Notes: generated by a model from the sequence alone, not told the origin. A stretch of DNA of 64,000 nt from Victivallis vadensis (GCA_945883775.1 CAMCYG010000005.1:379-64378), one strand, 5' to 3'. Shown: positions 1-9,145, counted from the first letter of the stretch. A program made the numbers and translations.

Positions 1-1320
1 TATGAAGGGAATATCATCCCGTACTGGAAAACTGAGACGGTCGAGGCAATGGACGCCTTCAGATACAGGCCAGGCTACATCACAGGAGCAGGGGAATGTG
101 TTTCGCTCTCCACGCTGTATGCCGCCGCTCTTTTCATAATCGCGCGCGTACCACTGAAGGATATCTATCTTATGGCGACGCCGCTCCACTCACAGAACTT
201 CATCGATATGGAGGACGGGATACTGACAAACAACCGCCGGCTTGTGACCAAGACGATGTGGTTTAACGGCAGTGAGCTTTCGGCTCAGGCCAGGCGCGCG
301 CTGGAAAACGAGAAGATCACGGTCGTCGCCCACGAGACCGGATGGATACATACGATATACGACGAAGCAACGATTGATCCGGCGGCTTTCAGCAGATTCT
401 CTGAGAAACTCAACGGTTACCTGAAGACTGGATTCTCCGGCAGTATTATGGGCAATTTCCTGCGGCATAAGAGTAAACTTCAAAAATGCTTCCAGTTCAG
501 ATGGCCGGTCAACGGAGTCGACCACTACATAGGAGCTGAGCGGATATTCGCTTATGAGCACGGCAGTTCCTATCAGTTTACCGACAATACACGTGATAAG
601 CTCATGGCGGAGATCGAAATGGAGGAGTTCAGGATGACCCGTTTCCCGGAACGTATAATCATCAATGATCTCGAGGACTTCATTAACAGGAACAATATCG
701 ACCTGGACAAGGAGCAGGACATGAGTGCGTTGATGCAGCAGTTCTGCAGTGACTGCCTTGAGAAGAAGGGTATGATAAGCGAGCTCAAGGCGTTCATTTA
801 TGTCAAGCCACGCCTTCCTTCGATGGAGCGTAAATTCAACAGGATTGCCGAGCCGCTGGGCATAAATGTAGAGATGGGCCGGGAGGCAATAATCGACAGG
901 CTGAAGACGATTCGTAGTTCTAACGCCTTCGCAGAACTTGCCTTCGATTCATACAGGGATCTGTCGACCGCCGATCCTGCGCCGTTCCTGTTAGCTGCAG
1001 TTCGAAGAAATCCGGTTTCTGTCAGGGGTGCGGAAGGGCTCGACTACAAGGCGATCATAGCCAGGTTGGAAGCAATGCCTGGCGAATCGATATATGATGA
1101 TTCATGCCGGCTTGCCCAGCCTGATGAGGTCTGGAATTTTGGCCGTGGCGATGGATTGGAAAAACTTCTTGTGCTGGCGAATATCTTGAAAGCGAGAGAG
1201 CCCTTAGAGGCAGTGCGTGTAGCGGTTAGCGGGAATATGGCTGTTTTGTCATCAGCAGAAATAAATATCAGCCTGCCTACCCGCAAGAATATTGGAGAGG
1301 TGGATTGGGTGCTTGATTGA
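1..1320 (+). CDS. Hypothetical protein, 5'-partial, with a possible transglutaminase-like Cys-His core
   Basis: Frame is open from base 1, so the ATG at 49 is probably internal. GAGECVSLSTLYAAALF followed by PLHSQNF resembles a transglutaminase-like catalytic helix and strand. Confidence 0.55.
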   Translation, partial: YEGNIIPYWKTETVEAMDAFRYRPGYITGAGECVSLSTLYAAALFIIARVPLKDIYLMATPLHSQNFIDMEDGILTNNRRLVTKTMWFNGSELSAQARRALENEKITVVAHETGWIHTIYDEATIDPAAFSRFSEKLNGYLKTGFSGSIMGNFLRHKSKLQKCFQFRWPVNGVDHYIGAERIFAYEHGSSYQFTDNTRDKLMAEIEMEEFRMTRFPERIIINDLEDFINRNNIDLDKEQDMSALMQQFCSDCLEKKGMISELKAFIYVKPRLPSMERKFNRIAEPLGINVEMGREAIIDRLKTIRSSNAFAELAFDSYRDLSTADPAPFLLAAVRRNPVSVRGAEGLDYKAIIARLEAMPGESIYDDSCRLAQPDEVWNFGRGDGLEKLLVLANILKAREPLEAVRVAVSGNMAVLSSAEINISLPTRKNIGEVDWVLD

Positions 1321-1431
1321 AAGGAGTAGCGCCCAAGACAGATTTGTTGCAGGCGGGTGCCTCGCCTTACCAAATTTATTTGTATTGGCTGTATGGTTTC
1401 TGTAAAGTAAAAAAATAATAAGGAGGTGTGT

Positions 1432-1875
1432 ATGAAGACATTCGAATGCAAAGTGTGCGGTCATATTGAGTTTAATGCGGCTCCCGAGAAATGCCTTGTT
1501 TGCGGTGCGCTCAAACAGGCTTTTGTGGAGAAGGCTGATGCCATTCAGAAGCCGGCGAATCCTGCCGTGCTGACTGAGGCAGACAAGAAACATATTCCGC
1601 AGATAGTGATTGTTAAAGAATGCGGCTTGATTCCCGGTGGATGCTGTACGGATGTGCATGCCAGGGTCGGAGAGATAGAGCACGTGATGATAGACAAGCA
1701 TTATATCAAGTACCTCGACTATTACCTTGATTATAAGTTCATATCCAGGATATGGCTGTCACCTAATGTATGTCACCCGGCGGCCGCTTTGCATCTGAAT
1801 GCGAATTCAGGCAAGATTACGGTGATAGAGAACTGCAATGTGCATGGTAACTGGATGGCCGAAGCAAGCCTGTGA
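1432..1875 (+). CDS. Superoxide reductase (desulfoferrodoxin ferrous-iron domain) with an N-terminal rubredoxin-like CxxC...CxxC domain
   Basis: AGGAGG RBS at 1421-1426. CKVCG...CLVCG N-domain; KKH, HVM, HYI and CNVHG iron-ligand pattern. Confidence 0.85.
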   Translation: MKTFECKVCGHIEFNAAPEKCLVCGALKQAFVEKADAIQKPANPAVLTEADKKHIPQIVIVKECGLIPGGCCTDVHARVGEIEHVMIDKHYIKYLDYYLDYKFISRIWLSPNVCHPAAALHLNANSGKITVIENCNVHGNWMAEASL

Positions 1876-1883
1876 GGTAAATT

Positions 1884-2042
1884 ATGCAGAAATATGTATG
1901 TAATGTGTGTGGCTATGTGTATGACCCTGCGGCAGGTGACCCAGGCACTGGGATAAAACCGGGAACTTCTTTTGCAGATCTTCCAGATGATTGGATATGT
2001 CCGGATTGCGGTGTTGGTAAATCCGATTTCTCTCCGGTATGA
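1884..2042 (+). CDS. Rubredoxin, 52 aa (below the ORF-track cutoff)
   Basis: Manual translation [52 protein letters not shown], a canonical rubredoxin with two CxxCG motifs. Confidence 0.97.
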   Translation: MQKYVCNVCGYVYDPAAGDPGTGIKPGTSFADLPDDWICPDCGVGKSDFSPV

Positions 2043-2070
2043 AATCAGTTTAAGGTGTAAGGTATAAAGT

Positions 2071-2115
2071 AAAAGGCCAGTTGCATTCCGGATTAAATTC
2101 CTGGTCTGGCCTTTT
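2071..2115 (+). terminator. Probable intrinsic terminator after rubredoxin
   Basis: AAAAGGCCAG (2071-2080) pairs with CTGGCCTTTT (2106-2115), followed by a T-rich tail. Confidence 0.6.
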
Positions 2116-2132
2116 ATTTCTTACTCATTAAA

Positions 2133-2918
2133 ATGAAACTCGATAAGTCATTCCTAGAGTCATTGTATTCCAGGTATAATAAGTTCAAATACATTCATCC
2201 CGACCCACTAGAGTTTGTCCATAAGTACGATTCACCGGCAGACAAGGAGGTCGTGGGCCTTGTAGCGTCTTCGCTCGCCTACGGTAGGGTGGCGCAGATT
2301 CTAGCAAGTGTGGGCTGCATCCTTGGCGCAATGGGCAGGTCGCCTTCAAAATTCCTGAAAGCTCATTCAGACCGGGAGATCAAAAGCCGGTTTAGCGGAT
2401 TCAAGCACAGGTTCACGACGGGCGAAGATATGGCCGATCTGTTGTCGGGCGTGAAGAGGATTATCGCCGAATATGGCAGCATCAATGAATTGTTCTGTTC
2501 GGAGAAAATCAGGGATCAGGCCGGGCTTATTCGGGCAATGTCATCATTCCGGAAGGAGCTGGACTGTCACGGGAAGTTTCTGATACCGGATCCGGCTGAC
2601 GGCAGTGCTTGTAAAAGGATGAACTTGTTTCTTAGATGGATGGTGCGCAGTGACGAAGTAGACCCGGGCGGTTGGCAGGGGATCAGTCCATCGGTGCTGA
2701 TAGTGCCTTTGGATACGCACATGGCCAATATCTCCAGACTGTTGGGGCTTACCTCACGTAAAAACGCCGGAATGCTAATGGCTCTTGAGGTTACCGATGG
2801 GTTTAGGAAGATATGCGACAGTGACCCTGTCCGCTATGACTTTGCACTTACGAGATTTGGTATACGGGCTGACATGTCAATAGCCGAGCTTATAAAGAAG
2901 CAGAGCGAGACAGCGTGA
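2133..2918 (+). CDS. TIGR02757/DUF2400 family protein (HhH-GPD-like)
   Basis: DP(L)EF..Y, LAYGRV, SACKRMNLFLRWMVR, PLDTH and DPVRYDFAL motifs. Confidence 0.9.
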   Translation: MKLDKSFLESLYSRYNKFKYIHPDPLEFVHKYDSPADKEVVGLVASSLAYGRVAQILASVGCILGAMGRSPSKFLKAHSDREIKSRFSGFKHRFTTGEDMADLLSGVKRIIAEYGSINELFCSEKIRDQAGLIRAMSSFRKELDCHGKFLIPDPADGSACKRMNLFLRWMVRSDEVDPGGWQGISPSVLIVPLDTHMANISRLLGLTSRKNAGMLMALEVTDGFRKICDSDPVRYDFALTRFGIRADMSIAELIKKQSETA

Positions 2919-2983
2919 GTCATTTCTTTTTCAGGACGAGCTTTGCGTCTTTCTTGTCTGTCTTTTAATCACCCTTCTGGATG

Positions 2984-3625
2984 TCATTCCATCAGGTCAG
3001 AATCGTCCTTGAGATTGGAAGTGAGGGATGTGCCGCCAGCTTCCGATTTTAACTTGTCCATGGCGGTCGCGAATAGATCCCTGGCACGGTTGGACATGCC
3101 GTTTCTGGCTTCATCTTTCTGCTTTTGTCTCTCCTCCCTCTCTTGATCCCACGGAGGTTTTGTTTCAGAGAGTTCGGCAGCAGGGCCGGTAAGTTTCAAT
3201 CTGTCTGCGCTGCTTTCATTTTCCTTTTCCCGCTGGCGCTTTTCTATGTCGTCAAGTCTTGTTGTTATTTGATCTGGATCGCTGCTTTGCTTGATTATCT
3301 TTGCTGTCTTTTTTGTAACCGTGTTCTTTGGGAATGGTTTCTTTCCGTAATTGTCGTCGTTTTTCCAAGCCTTCTCTGCCGCTGTTATTGCTTGCGGGAA
3401 AAGCTTTGTCTCAAGTTTGAGTTCCTGTTCGATTTCTTTCCATTCTTCAGGAGTTCTTATCGAATAGGTTTCTTCTTTTGCATAGTCAGATATTCTTATC
3501 AGCAGGAAAACCTGCTTTTTATTGACATTCTGCTTGCCGGCAGTCTCTTTCTCCGCTTTCTGCTCAACAGCGCTGGAGCTCAGGCAGAAAGCGGTCAGAA
3601 TTAGCAAAGTGAGTAACCGTCGCAT
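2984..3625 (-). CDS. Hypothetical exported protein, charged and helical
   Basis: Signal-peptide-like N-terminus MRRLLTLLILTAFCLSSSA. Long ORF directly downstream of the nfu-like gene; alternative TTG start at 3631. Confidence 0.6.
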   Translation of the reverse strand: MRRLLTLLILTAFCLSSSAVEQKAEKETAGKQNVNKKQVFLLIRISDYAKEETYSIRTPEEWKEIEQELKLETKLFPQAITAAEKAWKNDDNYGKKPFPKNTVTKKTAKIIKQSSDPDQITTRLDDIEKRQREKENESSADRLKLTGPAAELSETKPPWDQEREERQKQKDEARNGMSNRARDLFATAMDKLKSEAGGTSLTSNLKDDSDLME

Positions 3626-3637
3626 TGACAACTTGAT

Positions 3638-3859
3638 TTATTCGACTCTCTCGACTGTTATATCCTTGTCGACTTCTGTCTGTAGAATCTTCTCAATTCC
3701 CTGCTTGATAGTGATGGTGGCATGAGGACATCCGCCACAGGCTCCTTTGAGGCGCAGCTTAACATTCTTGTCAGTTATGCTGACGACCTCCATATCACCG
3801 CCGTCAGCCTGCAGCATTCCTCGCAATTGTTCCAGTTTAGCTCTGATCTTTTCGTCCAT
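3638..3859 (-). CDS. NifU C-terminal domain (Nfu-type) Fe-S scaffold/carrier protein
   Basis: LQADGGDMEV and LKGACGGCP motifs. Confidence 0.92.
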   Translation of the reverse strand: MDEKIRAKLEQLRGMLQADGGDMEVVSITDKNVKLRLKGACGGCPHATITIKQGIEKILQTEVDKDITVERVE

Positions 3860-3980
3860 GTTTTCTCCTTTAAAGTTGAGGCAGAATATTGTACTTAAGG
3901 AATATTGTATTCAAGATAAAAGTATCAGCGATTAGGTGCAGGCCGATCAGTCAGCCTTCTTTGCTCAAGAGATTCAAGGA

Positions 3981-4030
3981 GGCTTCGCCCTATGAAAGAT
4001 TGGAAATGGTAGGGCGAGGCGCATAGCTAT
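3981..4030. repeat. Divergent pair of degenerate GTAG(G)GCGA-type REP-like units (family 2)
   Basis: GGCTTCGCCCTAT (3981-3993, inverse ATAGGGCGAAGCC) and GTAGGGCGAGGC (4009-4020) match the units at 24472-24541 and 50395-50453. Confidence 0.5.
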
Positions 4031-4064
4031 CACGCTAAGGCTTAATGCTGAGAATTGCAGAACT

Positions 4065-4089
4065 GTAGCGGCGCATGTGTCATGCGCCG
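4065..4089 (+). repeat. GTAG REP-like palindrome, family 1, single copy
   Basis: GTAGCGGCGCATGTGTCATGCGCCG, identical to the reverse complement of 25906-25930. Confidence 0.85.
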
Positions 4090-4188
4090 GCGCAAAAGCT
4101 GTGGATATTTAGGTATGGTTATTATAGTGCGGAATCTCAATTTAGCAATTATACCCGTAAGATTTGTGCCGATGCTGGAAGAAATTAA

Positions 4189-4461
4189 ATGAAACGCACG
4201 CATATAATTGTAAAAGGTATGGTTCAGGGCGTGTGCTTCAGGTATTACACTCAAATTCAGGCCCAGAAACTAGGATTGTATGGCTGGGTTAGGAATCGAT
4301 ACGACGGCTCAGTTGAGATCCTGGCTGAAGGCGATTCAGCTTCAATTGAGAAGTTGAAAGAATGGAGCAAGTCCGGACCTCCTCAGGCTGATGTGACGGA
4401 TCTGATTTTGGAAGATATGGCATATACCGGCGAGTTCAATAGTTTCGAAGTTACGCATTAG
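4189..4461 (+). CDS. acyP: Acylphosphatase
   Basis: GMVQGVCFR and GWVRNRYDGSVE motifs, 90 aa. Confidence 0.93.
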   Translation: MKRTHIIVKGMVQGVCFRYYTQIQAQKLGLYGWVRNRYDGSVEILAEGDSASIEKLKEWSKSGPPQADVTDLILEDMAYTGEFNSFEVTH

Positions 4462-4603
4462 TTAGTGTTTCTGGAATTATACGGGTGCTGCTTGACGGCG
4501 CCCGCAAATAGAGATGGAGTAGTCAAGTGTTGCAGGTTAAAAGCGCGAAAAGCCTTATACCTTTAACTTGATACTTTATGCTCTTTTTCTAAGGGAGGAA
4601 GAT

Positions 4604-5128
4604 ATGGCTGTTCTAAATTGCATAAAGAAAAGATATTCTGTGCGGGCTTACCTCGATAAGCCGGTGGAGGCCGAAAAAATCAATGCTGTGCTTGAGGCCG
4701 CCAGGCTGGCGCCATCAGCGCGTAATTGCCAGCAGTTGCGGTATGTTGTGGTGCAAGATAAAAACACCATACAGAGATTGTGCGAAGCTGCCAATAAGCA
4801 GGCTTTTGTAGGGCAGGCACCGGTCGTCATTATTGCCTGTGCCGTTAATCTTGATTATGTGATGAGATGCGGGCAGACCGCTTATCCTATCGATACCGGA
4901 ATTGCGCTTGAGCATGTGGCATTGCAGGCCGTCGAGGAAGGGCTGGGCACGTGCTGGGTAGGATCGTTTTTCGAGGACCAGATCAAAGCCATCCTTGGCA
5001 TTCCGGAGCAGGGCGTGCGAGTGGTCGAGTTGATGACTCTTGGTTATCCTGCTGATAAAATGCCCGAAAAGAAGCGGGTAGATATTGCAGGCATAGTGAG
5101 TCGTGATAAGTGGTCTTTTCCCATGTAA
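4604..5128 (+). CDS. Nitroreductase family protein
   Basis: RYSVRAY, ARLAPSARNCQ and GLGTCWVG motifs. AGGGAGG RBS before ATG 4604. Confidence 0.9.
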   Translation: MAVLNCIKKRYSVRAYLDKPVEAEKINAVLEAARLAPSARNCQQLRYVVVQDKNTIQRLCEAANKQAFVGQAPVVIIACAVNLDYVMRCGQTAYPIDTGIALEHVALQAVEEGLGTCWVGSFFEDQIKAILGIPEQGVRVVELMTLGYPADKMPEKKRVDIAGIVSRDKWSFPM

Positions 5129-5189
5129 ACTTCAGCCGGATGCTTTCCTCCGTGGCGCTCACCGCAACGCATGCAACATGCGTTGTCTA

Positions 5190-6869
5190 TTAATTCACGT
5201 GCTTTGATGAGAATTTATCAAGCATTTCACGTGCGTGTTTAAGGGTCACGCTGGTGAGGTCTTTGCCGCCGAGCATCCTCGCTATCTCCTCGGTCCTGTC
5301 TTTGCCGGTTATGGTGGAAATGGTTGTGCTTGTTCTGCCGCCTGACACGGATTTGCGAACGACGTAATGTGTCGAGCCCTGTGCGGCAACCTGGGGCAGG
5401 TGTGTGATGCATAGCACTTGGTGATGGTCTGCTACTGTCGCCAGCTTTCTGCCGACTGCACTGCCCATCTCGCCGCCGACGTTGGAGTCGATTTCGTCAA
5501 ATACAAGAACAGGTATTTTGTCATGCTTTGCCAGGCAGGCCTTTAGTGCCAGCATGACCCTGGAAATCTCTCCGCTGGACGCTATTGAGCTCAACGGTCT
5601 CATGGTCTCGCCTGCGTTTGGCGCGAAACCGAATTCTATAGAGTCCATTCCTGATGTTGCTGGTTCAGTCTCTTTTGCTGTTATACCGAAAGCGCCGTGA
5701 GTGAAACCCAGATCCTTTAATTCTTTGGTTATAGAAGTTGCGAGTTTCCTGGCTGCTTCGTTACGCTCCACGGACAATTTATTTCCGGCAGTGACAACTT
5801 TCTTGTTCTGCCGGGACAGCGCCGTATCGATTTCGGCAAGTTGTTCGCCCAGCGTTTCAAGGCTGTGTAACCGTTCTTTCGATTTCTCCAAGTGCGCCTT
5901 TATTTCAGGAATGGTGTGTGCATACTTTTTCTTGAATTTCTGGAGGATGGACATCTTTTCGTCCAGCCACTGCATCCTTTTCTGATCAGCCTCTATGCTT
6001 TCGGCTTTCTCGGTGATGGTTCGTGATATTTCCTGCACGGTTAAAGCGGCAGACTGTATCTCCTTGAGCCATGTCTCGGCATCGGGAAGAAGGGTTTGGA
6101 GTCTCGTAAGGTACTGTTGAGCGGAGGCGAGGGCGTTGCTGGCGGATTCATCTGCATCGGTCAGGGCGCGAGCGGCACTGCCGGTCAGTTCCGTTATCTC
6201 GCTGGCGTTGGCTGCAGTGTTGTGTTCGGTCAATAATTCCTTCTCGTCTAAATCAATGATTCCGGATTCCTCGATTTCTTTGATCTGATATTTCAGTAAA
6301 TCTATTTGTGCGGAAACTTCATTGTCAGGCTTTTCCAGCTTCAGCCGCTTCTGTCTCAATTCGGAAAGTTGTTTGTATTCTTCTTCGTATGCCGATCTTG
6401 TTTTCCAGCTGTGTCCGAAGGAGTCGAGTATGTCCAATTGACAGTCAGGGCTGAGCAGTGACTGGTGGTCGTGCGGGCCGTGCATGTCTATCAGCATAGT
6501 TCCGATCTGCTTGAGGAGTTGAAGGGTGGCAGGGGAGTCGTTAACTGATATTTTACCTGCTCCATTTGCAGAGATGGTCCTGCGGATGATCAGCTCTCCA
6601 TTACTGCAGGCCTGCATGCCGATCTCTTCCATGATTGCGTCGATATCGCCTGAGTCCTTGAGCTCGAAGATGGCTTCGATGCCGCACTGCTCCTCGCCGG
6701 TCCTGATCAGGGTCTTGTCGGCCCGTTCGCCAAGCAGGATGTTAAGCGCGCCGATGATCAGTGACTTGCCTGCGCCAGTCTCCCCAGTGATGATATTCAG
6801 GCCGGTTGAGAAATCTACTGTTGCGTTCTCAACGACAGCCAAGTTTTTCACTTTTAGCGATTTCAACAT
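5190..6869 (-). CDS. recN: DNA repair protein RecN
   Basis: MLKSLKVKNLA start, Walker A GETGAGKS, HGPHDHQ, ASSGEISR signature, VFDEID Walker B, ITHLPQVAA. Confidence 0.97.
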   Translation of the reverse strand: MLKSLKVKNLAVVENATVDFSTGLNIITGETGAGKSLIIGALNILLGERADKTLIRTGEEQCGIEAIFELKDSGDIDAIMEEIGMQACSNGELIIRRTISANGAGKISVNDSPATLQLLKQIGTMLIDMHGPHDHQSLLSPDCQLDILDSFGHSWKTRSAYEEEYKQLSELRQKRLKLEKPDNEVSAQIDLLKYQIKEIEESGIIDLDEKELLTEHNTAANASEITELTGSAARALTDADESASNALASAQQYLTRLQTLLPDAETWLKEIQSAALTVQEISRTITEKAESIEADQKRMQWLDEKMSILQKFKKKYAHTIPEIKAHLEKSKERLHSLETLGEQLAEIDTALSRQNKKVVTAGNKLSVERNEAARKLATSITKELKDLGFTHGAFGITAKETEPATSGMDSIEFGFAPNAGETMRPLSSIASSGEISRVMLALKACLAKHDKIPVLVFDEIDSNVGGEMGSAVGRKLATVADHHQVLCITHLPQVAAQGSTHYVVRKSVSGGRTSTTISTITGKDRTEEIARMLGGKDLTSVTLKHAREMLDKFSSKHVN

Positions 6870-7034
6870 GAGGATGAAGATAATATCAGGCTTGCTTACT
6901 GGCAACAACGAAATCGAAGGCATCGATGAAATATGCGCCCTTTTCAAGCTGATTGACTTGCATTGAACAGACCTCTATACTCCTTAACATTAAAGTTACA
7001 GTGTTTTGTTTATTCCAGTCGAAAGGGGTGTAGT

Positions 7035-8267
7035 ATGGCGGACATTAACTTCAACTGTCCTTTTTGTTCTCAGAATTTCGATGCACCTGACGACATGGCA
7101 GGTGAGGCCCTTGATTGCCCTGCATGCAATAAGACGATAAAGGTTCCGATGTCGACGCCGGCTCCAGTGATTGAGCCAATCATTGATCCGTCTCTGATAT
7201 CACCACCACTTCCTCAACCACCTCTGCCACCGCCTCCTGCTGCTCCAGTGATTGAGCCGGTAGTTGTGCCTTCTCCCGAGCCTGTACCTGTGCCTGTAGC
7301 TCCCAGACCAAAGTTGGGAACGAGGCCTGTCCCTTCTGCCGCGCCGATGTCTTTCTCTTCAGTACCCAGACCTATTGTCCCTGCTGCTCCTGTTCAAATA
7401 GAGCCGAAGGCGCTTGAGCTTGAGCCTGTTGTCACGGTTCCTGAGCCGGTGGCTGAGTCCGCGCCGGAGAATATCGAACAACCAGTGGCAGTTGTTGCAC
7501 CCGTGCCCGGAGAAAAGCCGGTTGCACCAGCAGTTCCTGTTGCGGGTCCCAGGCTTGGCCTGATGGGTGGGAATAAAGGTGCTGTTGGTAAACCTGCTTT
7601 TGGCAAGAAGCCTACCTTGGGTGCAGGGCTTCAAGGTTCGGCAATTGCCAAGAAACAGGCACAGTTTGCTGCTTCAAAGATGGTGGCAAAACCGCAGGTG
7701 CCTGTTGCTCCTAAACAGCTTGGTGAGTATCATTCTGATACTCAAACTTCGCAAGATGCTGTCAATACTCCGCCTGTAAAGGCTGTAATGTCAAAGCTTG
7801 CAGTCGGCTCTCTTGTTGCGGCTTTTCTGGGGATGTCGCCGGTGGCGGTTATTTGTGGACATATGGCGGTAGGCAGGATAAAGAAATCAGAGGGCGCGCT
7901 CAAAGGCAAGGGTTTGGCATTGGTTGGTCTCGTTTTTGGGTATTTGCAGATAATAACAGCAATACTTCTGATTGCAGCGCTTACCTTCGGGGTTTTTAAA
8001 GCTAAGGACATGATTGTGGAAGGTCTGAAGACGGAAGGCGTGAAGATATCTGCTGATTCCGAAAATGTTGGTAAGAAGCCGGTGAAGAAGGCTTCTACTG
8101 AAAAAGAAACAACAGCTGAACCGACGGCTCAAGATACAGGTGCCGTTACAACTGAACCTGCAGTCAAGGCTGAAGAGACTTCAGCAGCAGTTGAAGAGAA
8201 AACTGCTACTGTTGGTAACAGTACACAACCAGCCCAGCCGGCAGCCGAAGATAAGCCTGCGGAATAG
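7035..8267 (+). CDS. Zn-ribbon, proline-rich linker and DUF4190-like membrane protein
   Basis: CPFC...CPAC N-terminus, long Pro/Val/Ala-rich region, AVICGHMAVGRIKKS...GKGLALVGLVFGY transmembrane module, acidic tail. RBS precedes ATG 7035. Confidence 0.75.
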   Translation: MADINFNCPFCSQNFDAPDDMAGEALDCPACNKTIKVPMSTPAPVIEPIIDPSLISPPLPQPPLPPPPAAPVIEPVVVPSPEPVPVPVAPRPKLGTRPVPSAAPMSFSSVPRPIVPAAPVQIEPKALELEPVVTVPEPVAESAPENIEQPVAVVAPVPGEKPVAPAVPVAGPRLGLMGGNKGAVGKPAFGKKPTLGAGLQGSAIAKKQAQFAASKMVAKPQVPVAPKQLGEYHSDTQTSQDAVNTPPVKAVMSKLAVGSLVAAFLGMSPVAVICGHMAVGRIKKSEGALKGKGLALVGLVFGYLQIITAILLIAALTFGVFKAKDMIVEGLKTEGVKISADSENVGKKPVKKASTEKETTAEPTAQDTGAVTTEPAVKAEETSAAVEEKTATVGNSTQPAQPAAEDKPAE

Positions 8268-8331
8268 GTGTCTTGCCGTTGAGCGACTAGGATTGCGCTT
8301 TCCTCCGAATAGTGGTGCAGGTGCTTTTGGC

Positions 8332-8655
8332 TCACATTTCTTCATTAATGCTGAGTGCAAAGGCGATGGTGGCGCTCAGTTCGTTCATGCGAGAGGAAGA
8401 AAGCGTGGTAATGATAGACCCTATTTTTCCTTTTGCTACTGTTTGAAGATGATCGCAGTTAATTGCGCATTCCTTTGGCATTCCATCGCCTTTGTCCAGT
8501 AGAACTTCGCTCGGAATATCCCGAACAGTTGACGTTACTGGTGCAACGGTTACTTCGTTCAGGTGAGTGATGATGGAATTTCGAGTCAGTATAACAACAG
8601 GACGATTTTTGTCTGGCTTGTCGAATTTATACCAGCGAACATCGCCTCGTTTCAT
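8332..8655 (-). CDS. mazF: PemK/MazF family toxin (endoribonuclease)
   Basis: KRGDVRW, KNRPVVILT, VAPVTS and INCDHLQTV motifs. Confidence 0.92.
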   Translation of the reverse strand: MKRGDVRWYKFDKPDKNRPVVILTRNSIITHLNEVTVAPVTSTVRDIPSEVLLDKGDGMPKECAINCDHLQTVAKGKIGSIITTLSSSRMNELSATIAFALSINEEM

Positions 8656-8885
8656 TCAGCACTCCACTTCTGTTCTTTCTCCCATACGTCGAACTCGTTT
8701 GCCGAAGTTGGCTTACGGAGATAACCTTGGCGATGTTTTTCTTCGAGCCGCTGGATTTTGATTCTTGCGATGGATTGCTGTAGAGCTTGGCGCGTGAACG
8801 CTGAGCGGGTCATGTGCAGGTTCTTCACAAACTTATCAACAGTCTGAACAAGCTCATCATCAAGAGTCATTTGAATTGTTCTCAT
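8652..8885 (-). CDS. Ribbon-helix-helix antitoxin cognate to the MazF-like toxin
   Basis: MRTIQMTLDDELVQTVD...TRSAFTRQAL RHH pattern, 4-bp overlap with the toxin start, GGAG RBS. Confidence 0.85.
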   Translation of the reverse strand: MRTIQMTLDDELVQTVDKFVKNLHMTRSAFTRQALQQSIARIKIQRLEEKHRQGYLRKPTSANEFDVWEKEQKWSAE

Positions 8886-8907
8886 ATACACATCTCCATG
8901 TTTATGT

Positions 8908-8943
8908 TTATAGCTATAATACTGTTTAGTGACGAATAGTCAA
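8908..8943 (-). promoter_or_regulatory. Probable sigma70 promoter and palindromic operator of the TA operon
   Basis: Minus-strand TTGACT-16-TATTAT. A perfect 12-bp palindrome TTATAGCTATAA (8908-8919) overlaps the -10. Confidence 0.5.
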
Positions 8944-9013
8944 TTTTTGTTTTTCTTAACCGATGTCCTTACAGTCTCAAAAAAGCTGAGAGAACATCGG
9001 GTTAAGAAAAACG

Positions 9014-9042
9014 TTGATTACTGTCGGCCTAAAGACTATAAA
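9014..9042 (+). promoter_or_regulatory. Probable sigma70 promoter for tRNA-Met
   Basis: TTGATT-17-TATAAA ending 27 nt before the tRNA. Confidence 0.6.
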
Positions 9043-9069
9043 TCCAGCCGTAAATCAACAACCAACCGT

Positions 9070-9145
9070 GGCGGCGTAGCTCAGTTGGCAGAGCAAAGGA
9101 ATCATAATCCTTGTGTCCGGGGTTCGAATCCCTGCGCCGCCACCA
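9070..9145 (+). tRNA. tRNA-Met(CAT), elongator type (Ile2 not formally excluded)
   Basis: GGCGGCG/CGCCGCC acceptor stem, AAGGA-ATCATAA-TCCTT anticodon arm, GGTTCGAATCC T-arm, encoded CCA, 76 nt. Confidence 0.93.

Noticed and set aside
5193-5235. TTCACGTG half-sites resembling parS
   Set aside because: They are not the full GTTTCACGTGAAAC palindrome and lie in recN coding sequence.
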